From Clostridiales bacterium (GTDB taxonomy: Bacteria > Bacillota > Clostridia > TANB77 > CAG-508), in the NCBI GenBank assembly GCA_003525075.1, contig DQFO01000008.1:6287-70286 (forward strand): a stretch of DNA of 64,000 bases. Direction: 5' to 3'. The notes below the pieces were generated by a model that made no database searches, was not told where the DNA came from, and saw only the letters and a list, made by a program, of their open reading frames with translations. Position numbers and translations under genes: made by a program. Below, piece by piece: positions 19,919-30,731 of this stretch; the first letter of the stretch is position 1, and each line of letters starts with the position of its first letter.

Positions 19919-21683
19919 TATCATCTTCTCCTTTAGATTGATTTTTCAATTGTTCTCCTACTTCTCTTTGTTTCTTAAGATAAAGAATATTCGCATCTAA
20001 TTCTTGCATTTTTTCTTGTTGTATTCTTAATTTTGATAATGCTATTTTTATTGCTTCTTCATTTTCATCTTTATAAATTGTAATTCCATTTTCAGCCAAT
20101 TTTTCTATTATTTCATTAGCTGTTGTTTCTCCAATCCATCTTAATTGCAACAAATCATCCTTACTTTTTATTCTCTCTACTAATTGTTCAACTGTATGTA
20201 TTTCATTTCTTGCCAACACCATATATGATCTATGTGATAAGTTTAAGCTTTTTATCTCTAGTCCTATTTTTTCTCTCGTTTTTACTCCATTATAAATGGT
20301 AATTCCAAGTTCTGATAATTTTTCTATTATTTCTTCTGCTTCTTTATTGCCAATATATGCCATAGTTAATAAATCTTTTTTACTTCTTGCTTTTTCTAAT
20401 AAATCTCCAACTGTATTTACCCCATTATATTTCATTGCCTTATATAATAGTTGTGTTGAAAAATTTATGTTTTCAATTGCCATTTCTTCTATTGTATCTT
20501 CATCTATTACTCCAATATTTTCATTTTCCACATCTATCATATTTAATAGTTCTTGTTTATCTTCATCTGATAACTGTTCGCTATCTTTTTCAAAAACATC
20601 CATTTTACTAAAATATGCTCTAATAAATTCTTCAGATGGTTTATAAAGATGATTAAAAAAAACATCTTTTATTTCTTTTTTACGCATTTTTCGTACTACT
20701 TGATAACACATTATTTGATACATGCTTTGTTGTTTCATATTCCTTACTTCTTTGGGTATTTCTTCTTCTCTTTTTAATCCAAATTTAAATTCCACAATAT
20801 GTCTTTCTCTATCTGTTAACATTTCTCTTAAGATTTTTTCTAAAATCACATCAACTTCTGGTCCTAATATTATATTAGTAGCATATTTTTCTCCGTACAT
20901 ATATGAGATAAAATTCAATAAAGCTTTCTGTTTTTCTAAACTTTGAGATCCTAAATAGAAATTTCTTACTAATGGAATTTTTGGGTTTTCCATAGCTGAC
21001 TCTTTATTTTCAATTTTTATTCTATGTATCTCATTATAATTTTTAGCATTAGCAAGTTTTATCATATATTTTTTATAAGATTTTTTTAAATTTTCCATAT
21101 TTCCAAATTCATTTATTATTTGTCTTTTTTCTTTATCACCAATTTCATATTTCTCATAAAGTTCTCCAATATCATCTTTTTTAAATACTCCTCCAATTTG
21201 ACTATTATTTAATTCTTCTTCTAATTTTTGGGGCAATTTTCCTCTAGATTTTCTTTCCCTTATATAAGTATAATCTTTAAAAACTTTTTCAAATTCCATT
21301 TTTTCTTTCTTATTTAAATCTTTACGTAATCTATAAATATTGGAAAATGCATAAGGATGTTTTTCGCAAAACTGTTTTAAACGTTTAATTTTTACATATA
21401 TTGTTTCTTTAGTGTTTTCTAATAATCCTAAATTTTCCATTCTTTTAAATTCTTCAGAGTTATATTTTATCAAATTATTTTTCATTAAATATCTAAGTTG
21501 TATAAGAATTCTTCCTATATTATATCCTTCAAAAATAGTATTAGAATGAATTGATTCATTTGAATTTTCTTTCAAATATCTTTCAAATAAATCGATTTTT
21601 TTTGAAACTGATAACCCATCACAATTGGTTGATTTGGTTCTATTCTGTAATAGATTATTATCTGTATTTATTTCTATATTCAT
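19908..21683 (-). CDS. Multidomain putative DNA-binding/transcription-associated protein (sigma-70 region-4-like HTH plus a tandem pair of RpoA-CTD-like repeats)
   Basis: 591 aa. LTDRERHIVEFKFGL resembles sigma region 4. Two ~45-aa repeats (GVNTVGDLLEKARSKKDLLTMAYIGNKEAEEIIEKLSELGITIY and EIHTVEQLVERIKSKDDLLQLRWIGETTANEIIEKLAENGITIY) resemble the RNAP alpha CTD. The C-terminus is coiled-coil. The N-terminal region is possibly helicase-associated-domain-like. Confidence 0.55.
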   Translation of the reverse strand: MNIEINTDNNLLQNRTKSTNCDGLSVSKKIDLFERYLKENSNESIHSNTIFEGYNIGRILIQLRYLMKNNLIKYNSEEFKRMENLGLLENTKETIYVKIKRLKQFCEKHPYAFSNIYRLRKDLNKKEKMEFEKVFKDYTYIRERKSRGKLPQKLEEELNNSQIGGVFKKDDIGELYEKYEIGDKEKRQIINEFGNMENLKKSYKKYMIKLANAKNYNEIHRIKIENKESAMENPKIPLVRNFYLGSQSLEKQKALLNFISYMYGEKYATNIILGPEVDVILEKILREMLTDRERHIVEFKFGLKREEEIPKEVRNMKQQSMYQIMCYQVVRKMRKKEIKDVFFNHLYKPSEEFIRAYFSKMDVFEKDSEQLSDEDKQELLNMIDVENENIGVIDEDTIEEMAIENINFSTQLLYKAMKYNGVNTVGDLLEKARSKKDLLTMAYIGNKEAEEIIEKLSELGITIYNGVKTREKIGLEIKSLNLSHRSYMVLARNEIHTVEQLVERIKSKDDLLQLRWIGETTANEIIEKLAENGITIYKDENEEAIKIALSKLRIQQEKMQELDANILYLKKQREVGEQLKNQSKGEDDNGR

Positions 21684-21712
21684 ATAAATTCTCCTTTTTT
21701 ACACTATTTATC

Positions 21713-21741
21713 AGTATATCACATTATGTAAATTGCGTCAA
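21713..21741 (-). promoter_or_regulatory. Candidate promoter of the 591-aa gene (TTGACG-17-TATACT, TGn-extended)
   Basis: Read on the minus strand: -35 at 21736-21741, -10 at 21713-21718. Confidence 0.5.
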
Positions 21742-21845
21742 TCTTTATAAGATTATTATTTGTTTTCGCCCAATTTGAGTTTCTGAGCAAAGCGATGAAA
21801 TATCAAAATGCTAGCGATTGTAACTTTCCTACTACATAAAAAAAT

Positions 21846-21884
21846 AGCTTTAAGAATTACTATTATATAGAAATTCTTAAAGCT
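21846..21884 (-). terminator. pflB terminator (agctttaagaatt / aattcttaaagct)
   Basis: A 13-bp perfect stem followed by a T7 run on the minus strand. Confidence 0.7.
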
Positions 21885-21900
21885 TTATATCTATCTTTTA

Positions 21901-24138
21901 TTAAATTCTTTCATGAATTGTTCTGTTAATTACATCTAATTGTTGTTCTCTTGTTAATTTTGTAAAGTTTACAGCATATCCTGAGACTCTAATTGTAAGT
22001 TGAGGATATTTTTCTGGATGTTCCATAGCATCTTCAAGTAAAGCTCTATCAAATACATTAACATTAATATGATGTCCTGTTTCTGCAAAATATCCATCTA
22101 ACATACTTACAAGATTTGTTTCTTTTGTCCACATATCTTGACCTAATGTTGAAGGTGTAATTGCAAATGTGAATGAAATACCATCTTCTGATTCTTCAAA
22201 TGGTAATTTTGCAATTGAGTTCATTACAGCTAATGCACCATTTGTATCTCTTCCATGTAATGGATTTGCACCTGGTCCAAATGGAGCTCCTGCTCTTCTT
22301 CCATCAGGTGTATTTCCTGTTGCTTTTCCATATACAACATTTGATGTTATTGTTAATATTGACAATGTTTGTTTTGCTCCTCTATATGCAGGATGTTTCT
22401 TTAATTTTCTTAAGAATTGTGTTACAACATCAACAGCTATTTGATCAACTCTGTCATCATCATTTCCGAATTTTGGATAATCTCCTTCAATTTCATAGTC
22501 AACTGCTAATCCGTTTTCATCTCTTATTACTTTAACTTTTGCATATTTAATTGCTGATAATGAATCTGCAACTACTGAAAGTCCAGCTATACCACATGCC
22601 ATTGTTCTTATTACATCTTTATCGTGTAAAGCCATTTCTATTGCTTCATAAGAATATTTATCATGCATATAGTGTATTGCATTTAATGCTTTTATATAAA
22701 TTTTTGCTACATAATCCATCATTTGATCAAATTTTACCATAACTTCATCATAATCTAGATATTCAGATGTTATTGGTTCAAATCTTGGAGCTACTTGTTT
22801 TCCAGATTTTTCGTCTTTTCCACCATTTATTGCATATAATAATGTTTTTGCTAAGTTTGCTCTTGCACCAAAGAATTGCATTTGTTTTCCTATCTTCATT
22901 GGTGATACACAACAAGCTATTCCATAATCATCACCTAATGTTGTTCTCATTACATCATCATTTTCATATTGGATTGAAGATGTTTTGATTGATAAGTTTG
23001 CTGTATAACGTTTAAATCCTTCTGGTAATCTTGTTGACCATAATACTGTTAAATTTGGTTCTGGTGCAGGTCCTAAATTTTCTAGTGTGTGTAAAATTCT
23101 GAATGAGTTCTTTGTTACTAATGTTCTTCCATCAACTCCCATACCACCAATACTTTCTGTTACCCAAACTGGATCTCCACTAAATAATTCATTGTATTCT
23201 GGTGTTCTTAAGAATCTTACTAATCTTAATTTCATTACAAAATGATCCATTAATTCTTGTGCTTGTTCTTCTGTTAATGTTCCATTTTTGAAATCTCTTT
23301 CTATATATATATCTAAAAATGTTGATGTTCTACCAATACTCATTGCAGCACCATTTTGGTCTTTTATTGCTCCTAAATATCCAAAATATAACCATTGTAT
23401 TGCTTCTTTTGCATTTCCAGCTGGTCTTGATATATCAAATCCATATTTTGCTGCCATTACTTTTAATTCGTTTAATGCTTTTATTTGTTCATAGATTTCT
23501 TCTCTTTCTCTTATTACATCTTCTGTAAATTCATCTACATCTAATTCTTCTAAATCTAATTGTTTTTCTCTAATTAATTCATCAACACCATATAGTGCTA
23601 CTCTTCTGTAATCTCCAATTATTCTTCCTCTTCCATATCCATCTGGAAGTCCTGTAATTAAGTGTGCACTTCTTGCAGCTCTTATATCTGGTGTATATAC
23701 ACTGAATACTCCATCATTGTGTGTTTTTCTTACTGTATGGAATATTTTATCAACTTCTGGGTCTACTTCTCTTCCATAAGCTTCACATGATTTTTCTACT
23801 ATTTTGATCCCACCATATGGCATTATTGCTCTTTTTAATGGTGCATCTGTTTGTAATCCTACTATTTCTTCTAAGTCTTTATCTATATATCCAGCTTCAT
23901 GTGCTGATACTGTTGATATTGTTTTTGTATCTATATCTAATACTGAACCATTTGAATTTCTTTCTTTTTCATATAATTTTAATACTTCATCCCATAATTT
24001 TTTTGTTTTTTCTGTTGTTCCTGTTAAAAATGTTGCATTTCCTTCATATGGTGTATAGTTCTTTTGAATGAAATTTCTTACATCGATTTTTCTTTTCCAT
24101 TCGCCTTTTTCAAAGCCTTTCCATTGTTCAAAATCCAT
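21901..24138 (-). CDS. pflB: Formate C-acetyltransferase (pyruvate formate-lyase)
   Basis: 745 aa with the glycyl-radical C-terminus [11 protein letters not shown] and the active-site IACCVSPM. Confidence 0.96.
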   Translation of the reverse strand: MDFEQWKGFEKGEWKRKIDVRNFIQKNYTPYEGNATFLTGTTEKTKKLWDEVLKLYEKERNSNGSVLDIDTKTISTVSAHEAGYIDKDLEEIVGLQTDAPLKRAIMPYGGIKIVEKSCEAYGREVDPEVDKIFHTVRKTHNDGVFSVYTPDIRAARSAHLITGLPDGYGRGRIIGDYRRVALYGVDELIREKQLDLEELDVDEFTEDVIREREEIYEQIKALNELKVMAAKYGFDISRPAGNAKEAIQWLYFGYLGAIKDQNGAAMSIGRTSTFLDIYIERDFKNGTLTEEQAQELMDHFVMKLRLVRFLRTPEYNELFSGDPVWVTESIGGMGVDGRTLVTKNSFRILHTLENLGPAPEPNLTVLWSTRLPEGFKRYTANLSIKTSSIQYENDDVMRTTLGDDYGIACCVSPMKIGKQMQFFGARANLAKTLLYAINGGKDEKSGKQVAPRFEPITSEYLDYDEVMVKFDQMMDYVAKIYIKALNAIHYMHDKYSYEAIEMALHDKDVIRTMACGIAGLSVVADSLSAIKYAKVKVIRDENGLAVDYEIEGDYPKFGNDDDRVDQIAVDVVTQFLRKLKKHPAYRGAKQTLSILTITSNVVYGKATGNTPDGRRAGAPFGPGANPLHGRDTNGALAVMNSIAKLPFEESEDGISFTFAITPSTLGQDMWTKETNLVSMLDGYFAETGHHINVNVFDRALLEDAMEHPEKYPQLTIRVSGYAVNFTKLTREQQLDVINRTIHERI

Positions 24139-24210
24139 TTTTTATTACCTCCATTTTTATTTTTTCCATATTTGTTTATTGTATTACATTTTTATTCTTT
24201 TGCCATACTA

Positions 24211-24239
24211 ATTATAAGGATAATAATTTGAATTGTCAA
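24211..24239 (-). promoter_or_regulatory. Candidate pflB promoter (TTGACA-17-TATAAT)
   Basis: Consensus hexamers on the minus strand: -35 at 24234-24239, -10 at 24211-24216. Confidence 0.55.
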
Positions 24240-24263
24240 TGAAATTTTTGTGATTTTTTATGT

Positions 24264-24319
24264 AAAAAGCGAGTCTAAGATTTTCTATCAAATGAAAATT
24301 TTAAGAAAATCTAAGACTC
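24264..24319 (-). terminator. Second (tandem) hairpin downstream of the small orphan gene, insulating the pflB promoter
   Basis: 15-bp arms (gagtctaagattttc / gaaaatctaagactc) with 14/15 paired, followed by GCTTTTT on the minus strand. Confidence 0.45.
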
Positions 24320-24372
24320 ACCATATTTATCTAGTACAGAAAGTCCTCCTACAAGGAGAACTTTCCTACTAT

Positions 24373-24403
24373 ATAAAAAGGACCCAAGCACTGCTTGGGT
24401 CCC
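24373..24403 (-). terminator. Intrinsic terminator of the small orphan gene (ggacccaagc-n3-gcttgggtcc plus T5)
   Basis: A 10-bp GC-rich perfect stem followed by TTTTT on the minus strand. Confidence 0.75.
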
Positions 24404-24426
24404 TTGCCAGGGATATTGTTGGTTCT

Positions 24427-24570
24427 TTAACTTGCGCTGAGCTCTCTGAGCCTAATCAGATTTCTGTTCAATTCGTGAGCCACCTGATTCAGCTCGAAGA
24501 TTTCTGCAGACATGACCAGTCCGGTCATATCCACATAATAAAAGCCTGCAATTACATCGTACTTTATCAT
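24427..24570 (-). CDS. Orphan small protein, 47 aa (MIKYDVIAGFYYVDMTGLVMSAEIFELNQVAHELNRNLIRLRELSAS)
   Basis: Not in the ORF track (<60 aa). AAGGAGG lies 8 nt upstream of the ATG. It has its own consensus promoter and terminator, and is visibly richer in G+C than the surrounding DNA. Confidence 0.55.
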   Translation of the reverse strand: MIKYDVIAGFYYVDMTGLVMSAEIFELNQVAHELNRNLIRLRELSAS

Positions 24571-24610
24571 GAAATTTACCTCCTTGGCATACAGCCATCA
24601 TGATAGAACT

Positions 24611-24639
24611 ATTATACCATATTTTTACTTTTTTTGCAA
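24611..24639 (-). promoter_or_regulatory. Promoter of the small orphan gene (TTGCAA-17-TGgTATAAT)
   Basis: Read on the minus strand: -35 at 24634-24639, extended -10 at 24611-24616. Confidence 0.6.
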
Positions 24640-24672
24640 GTTATGTATACATACAAGTCATTTTTTTATATA

Positions 24673-24702
24673 AAAAGCAACAAAACTAAATTTGTTGCTT
24701 TT
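24673..24702 (-). terminator. groEL terminator (aaaagcaacaaa / tttgttgctttt)
   Basis: A perfect 12-bp stem whose 3' arm runs into T residues on the minus strand. Confidence 0.6.
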
Positions 24703-24727
24703 TTCGACACTTTTGTATAATGTTTTA

Positions 24728-26371
<1,644 letters not shown>

Positions 26372-26406
26372 TCAACCTCCTAAAATTATTTGTTAATATA
26401 ATTTTT

Positions 26407-26761
<355 letters not shown>

Positions 26762-26762
26762 T

Positions 26763-26791
26763 AATATATACCCTATTTTTTCCTTTGTCAA
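26763..26791 (-). promoter_or_regulatory. groESL promoter (TTGACA-17-TATATT)
   Basis: Read on the minus strand: -35 at 26786-26791, -10 at 26763-26768. Confidence 0.6.
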
Positions 26792-26900
26792 TAGTTTTAT
26801 TTATTTTTCACAAAATCTTCACATTCATAATAATTATATGTTCATTATATAAAAAATAGACCCATAATTTGAGTATTTTCAAACTATAAGTCTATTTTTG

Positions 26901-27422
26901 TTAAATTGTTATTTCTTTACATTCAATCTGTTTATATTTAACTTTACACGTGTCAAATAATCTTTTTGATGCAATATTTTCATCTGTTCCATTATACTTA
27001 TCTGACAAATATATTACTTCTTTTATTCCTGATTGAATTATTAATTTTGCACATTCATTACATGGAAATAAGTCTACATATATTTTTGCATTTTCAAATT
27101 CTTTTTTTGTTCCTCTATAATTTAAAATTGCATTCATTTCTGCATGACATACATATGGATATTTTGTATAAATTTTTTCTCCATCTCTTGCCCATGGAAA
27201 ATTTTCATCTTCAAATCCATTTGGTGCTCCATTATATCCTATTGATAATATTCTATTATCATTACTTACAATACATGCTCCAACTTGTGTATTAGGATCT
27301 TTACTTCTTTTTGATGATAGTTTTGCAATTGCCATAAAGTATTCGTCCCAGCTTAAATAATCATTTCTTTTGTTTCCAGATTCTTTACATTTTTCTTGCC
27401 ATTTTTCAAACTCATTATTCAT
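26901..27422 (-). CDS. comEB: Deoxycytidylate (dCMP) deaminase / ComEB family
   Basis: Zinc-binding motifs CHAEMNAI and PCNECAKLIIQSGIKEV. Confidence 0.85.
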   Translation of the reverse strand: MNNEFEKWQEKCKESGNKRNDYLSWDEYFMAIAKLSSKRSKDPNTQVGACIVSNDNRILSIGYNGAPNGFEDENFPWARDGEKIYTKYPYVCHAEMNAILNYRGTKKEFENAKIYVDLFPCNECAKLIIQSGIKEVIYLSDKYNGTDENIASKRLFDTCKVKYKQIECKEITI

Positions 27423-27452
27423 AAACTTTTTCCTTTCTTATATTAGAATAAT

Positions 27453-29054
27453 TTATTTAATATTTTTAGCTGCTCTAACTAATCCTATAAATAATGGTGC
27501 TGGTCTATTAGGTCTTGATTTTAATTCTGGATGGAATTGTCCTGCAATAAAATATGGATGTTCTTTATATTCTACTATTTCAACTAATTTTCCATCTGGT
27601 GATGTTCCAGAACATATTAAACCTGCTTTTTCTAATCTTTCTTTATATTCATTATTATATTCATATCTATGTCTGTGTCTTTCTGAAATTTGCTCTTTTC
27701 CATATAATTCTTTTGCTAATGTTCCTTCTTTTAATATACATGGATATGCTCCTAAACGCATTGTTCCACCTTTTTTATCTATTCCTATTTGATCATCCAT
27801 TATATGTATAACTGGATTTGTTGTTTTTTCATTAAATTCTGCTGAATTAGCATCTTTTAATCCTAATACATTTCTTGCAAATTCTACAACTGCCATTTGC
27901 ATACCTAAACATATTCCTAAGAATGGAATTTTATTTTCTCTAGCATATCTAATTGTTTCTATTTTTCCTTCTATTCCTCTATTTCCAAATCCACCTGGAA
28001 CTATTATTCCTTGTAATCCTTTTAATTTTTCTTGTGCTGTTTCTTTATTTATTGTTTCACAATCTATTAATTTGATCTTAACTTTTACTTTATTAGCAAA
28101 TCCTGCATGATGTAAACTTTCTATTACTGACAAATATGAATCTTCTAGTTGAATATATTTTCCTACTATTCCTATATTTACAGATTCATCTCCTATGCTT
28201 CTTATATTATCTATCATTTTTTGCCATTCTGTATTATCTGGAACATATCTATCTAATCTCATATGATTACATACTTCTCTTGCTAACCCTTCTTCTTCAA
28301 GCATTAGTGGTACTGCATATAAATTGTCTGCTGTTTTATTTTGTATTACACTACTTTTTCTTACATTACAAAATAGTGCTAGTTTTTCTCTTATTGTGTC
28401 TGGAATATCTTGTTCTGTTCTACATACTAAAATATTGGGTTGTATTCCTAAGCTTTGTAATTCTTTTACAGAGTGTTGCGTTGGTTTTGATTTTATTTCA
28501 TTTGAACCAAATATGTATGGTAATAATGTTACATGTATATATACTACATCTTCAGGATTTTTCTCTAATCCTACTTGACGGATTGCTTCTATTATTGATA
28601 ATCCTTCTATATCTCCAACTGTTCCCCCAACTTCTGTTATAACTATGTCTGTATCTGTATTTTCAAAACTATATATTCTTTCTTTTATTTCATTTGTTAC
28701 ATGTGGTATTACTTGTACTGTTTTTCCTAAATAGTCTCCTCTTCTTTCTTTTTCAATTACTGTTGAATATACTTTTCCCATTGTTACACTTGAATGTTGT
28801 GTTAAGTTTTCATCAATAAATCTTTCATAATGTCCTAAATCTAAATCTGTTTCTGCTCCATCATCTGTTACGAATACTTCTCCATGTTCATATGGACTCA
28901 TTGTTCCTGGATCAACATTTAAATATGGATCAAATTTTTGAATTGTTACTTTATATCCTCTATTTTTTAATAATCTTCCTAGTGATGCAGCTGTTATTCC
29001 CTTTCCTAATCCTGATACTACTCCTCCTGTTACAAATACATATTTTGTGTTCAT
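27453..29054 (-). CDS. pyrG: CTP synthase
   Basis: [17 protein letters not shown], and a glutaminase domain with GICLGMQ and the HRHRYE motif. Confidence 0.96.
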   Translation of the reverse strand: MNTKYVFVTGGVVSGLGKGITAASLGRLLKNRGYKVTIQKFDPYLNVDPGTMSPYEHGEVFVTDDGAETDLDLGHYERFIDENLTQHSSVTMGKVYSTVIEKERRGDYLGKTVQVIPHVTNEIKERIYSFENTDTDIVITEVGGTVGDIEGLSIIEAIRQVGLEKNPEDVVYIHVTLLPYIFGSNEIKSKPTQHSVKELQSLGIQPNILVCRTEQDIPDTIREKLALFCNVRKSSVIQNKTADNLYAVPLMLEEEGLAREVCNHMRLDRYVPDNTEWQKMIDNIRSIGDESVNIGIVGKYIQLEDSYLSVIESLHHAGFANKVKVKIKLIDCETINKETAQEKLKGLQGIIVPGGFGNRGIEGKIETIRYARENKIPFLGICLGMQMAVVEFARNVLGLKDANSAEFNEKTTNPVIHIMDDQIGIDKKGGTMRLGAYPCILKEGTLAKELYGKEQISERHRHRYEYNNEYKERLEKAGLICSGTSPDGKLVEIVEYKEHPYFIAGQFHPELKSRPNRPAPLFIGLVRAAKNIK

Positions 29055-29233
29055 TTATTCTTCCTCCTATATTCCCATTTTTGCCATATAAAATCAAATA
29101 AAAAAAATAGATTAAAATAAAAACTGCAAAAGTGGTTTTTTTTTAATCTATTAAAACTATATTTTTATATTATCATATTTTTATAATTTTTTCAAGACAA
29201 ATTTGATTAATTGCCTCAACTTTCTATAAAAAA

Positions 29234-30232
29234 TCATACAATATATTCTATACTATTATCTGGAAAATATTTTTTCATTTGTTTTCTTAAGTAAACTTCC
29301 GCTTCTTTTCTAACATCTTGTTTATATGAATATTTACCTTTTCCTCTACCTGTCATAATTTCAGTATTATATAAATTTATAGCATTTGGAAATGCTTCTT
29401 CATTTATTTGGGTGTGTACAAAACTATATGTCATAAATATTATTTCAAAAAATGCTTGTTTTTTTACTTTTTCAGATAATTCACTATTTAATCTTTGAAT
29501 TAAATTTGTATATAATTCTTTCCAATTTTCAACTAAAATTACTGGTGCAATTAGTATTCCAACTTTATATTCAGCTTCTGCTAATTTGTTTATAGCCACT
29601 ATTCTTTCTTTTAGTCTTGATGTACCAAATTCCACTTTATTTATGATTTCTTCTGGATTCATACTTACTCTTATTGTGATTTTACCATTATGTTTTAATG
29701 GCAAAATTGGATCTACCATGTCAAATTTGGTAGGAAGTGTTAATTGTCCTTTTGATGTATCTGCAAAGTTTTCTATTGTCCATACTAAATTATTTGTTAT
29801 TGTATTTTCTAATATTAAATCACTATTACTTCCTATCTCAAATGTTAGATTTTTTTCACTTTTTTGTGCTGTTTTTATTATTTTTTCAAGCATCTGCTCT
29901 CTATTTACAAATAATCTTAAATATGCACATTTATTGTAATTACATACCAAATAGCAATATAAACACATCGCAGTACATCCTGATGAGGTATATGGTACTA
30001 AATAATCTGATGTTTTATGGTTTTCTACAAATTTATGTGTTTTTCTTGTTCCTATTATTAGATTTTGTTTTATTTTTGGAAATTCACTATTATTCTTTTT
30101 TCTCATTTCTTCTATATTATTATGATTTTCTATAAGGATTTTGGGTACTTCTTTATATTTTTCTAATAGTTCTTTTCCTAATTGATAATTTTCTATTTCT
30201 TTTTCATAATATATCGCTTGTGGTTTAAACAT
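29234..30232 (-). CDS. splB: Spore photoproduct lyase (radical SAM)
   Basis: 332 aa with CTAMCLYC (CxxxCxxC), collinear with B. subtilis SplB including the C-terminal ...IEYIV. Confidence 0.85.
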   Translation of the reverse strand: MFKPQAIYYEKEIENYQLGKELLEKYKEVPKILIENHNNIEEMRKKNNSEFPKIKQNLIIGTRKTHKFVENHKTSDYLVPYTSSGCTAMCLYCYLVCNYNKCAYLRLFVNREQMLEKIIKTAQKSEKNLTFEIGSNSDLILENTITNNLVWTIENFADTSKGQLTLPTKFDMVDPILPLKHNGKITIRVSMNPEEIINKVEFGTSRLKERIVAINKLAEAEYKVGILIAPVILVENWKELYTNLIQRLNSELSEKVKKQAFFEIIFMTYSFVHTQINEEAFPNAINLYNTEIMTGRGKGKYSYKQDVRKEAEVYLRKQMKKYFPDNSIEYIV

Positions 30233-30312
30233 AACTTTTTCTCCTTTTTGTTAGTTTAACCTTTATTAAAACATTAATACAAAAAGAGCTTCAAATTGAA
30301 GTTCTTTTTAAG

Positions 30313-30717
30313 TTATTTTATTAAATTATTTTTCTTACAATATGGAACAACTTCATTTTTTAATGTATTTGACAATATATTATTATCCATATCAGTGTCA
30401 TACCATAAAAATTTTTCTATTTCTTCTGATGTTTTCAAAATTCCTTGAAGTTTTCCGTTATATTTATATACATAGAAATGTATTGGAGTAATTCCATCAC
30501 TTGTTGCAATTTCATCAAATTCCATTATTAATTCAAATTTTTCTTCATCAAAAATAGCTTCATCACCAAGCTCTTCATGACATTCTCTTATTGCTGCTTG
30601 TAATGTTGTTTCGCCATCTTCAACTTTTCCTCCTATCATTTGATAAGTTGGTCTTTTACGAGGCTTATCTATTAATAATTTTTCATTTTCAAAAAACATT
30701 GTTCCAACTACTTTCAT
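30313..30717 (-). CDS. NUDIX hydrolase (MutT-like)
   Basis: Nudix box GGKVEDGETTLQAAIRECHEELG. Confidence 0.75.
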   Translation of the reverse strand: MKVVGTMFFENEKLLIDKPRKRPTYQMIGGKVEDGETTLQAAIRECHEELGDEAIFDEEKFELIMEFDEIATSDGITPIHFYVYKYNGKLQGILKTSEEIEKFLWYDTDMDNNILSNTLKNEVVPYCKKNNLIK

Positions 30718-30731
30718 TTTTCTTACTCCCT

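Noticed and set aside
21684-24249. No pflA (PFL activase) gene lies next to pflB.
   Set aside because: Its absence from the neighbourhood is noted. The activase may be encoded elsewhere in the genome, which cannot be evaluated from this window, so it is not reported as a finding.
24241-24262. A TGTGA-N6-ATGTA sequence upstream of the pflB promoter, considered as a possible CRP/FNR or Rex box.
   Set aside because: Only one half-site matches the TGTGA-N6-TCACA type of consensus, which is too weak to call.
24250-24603. A 117-aa plus-strand ORF across the G+C-richer segment upstream of pflB.
   Set aside because: It has no RBS, it reads through two hairpin terminators, and its sequence is implausible. 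The opposite strand carries a complete promoter-RBS-ORF-terminator cassette that explains the region better.
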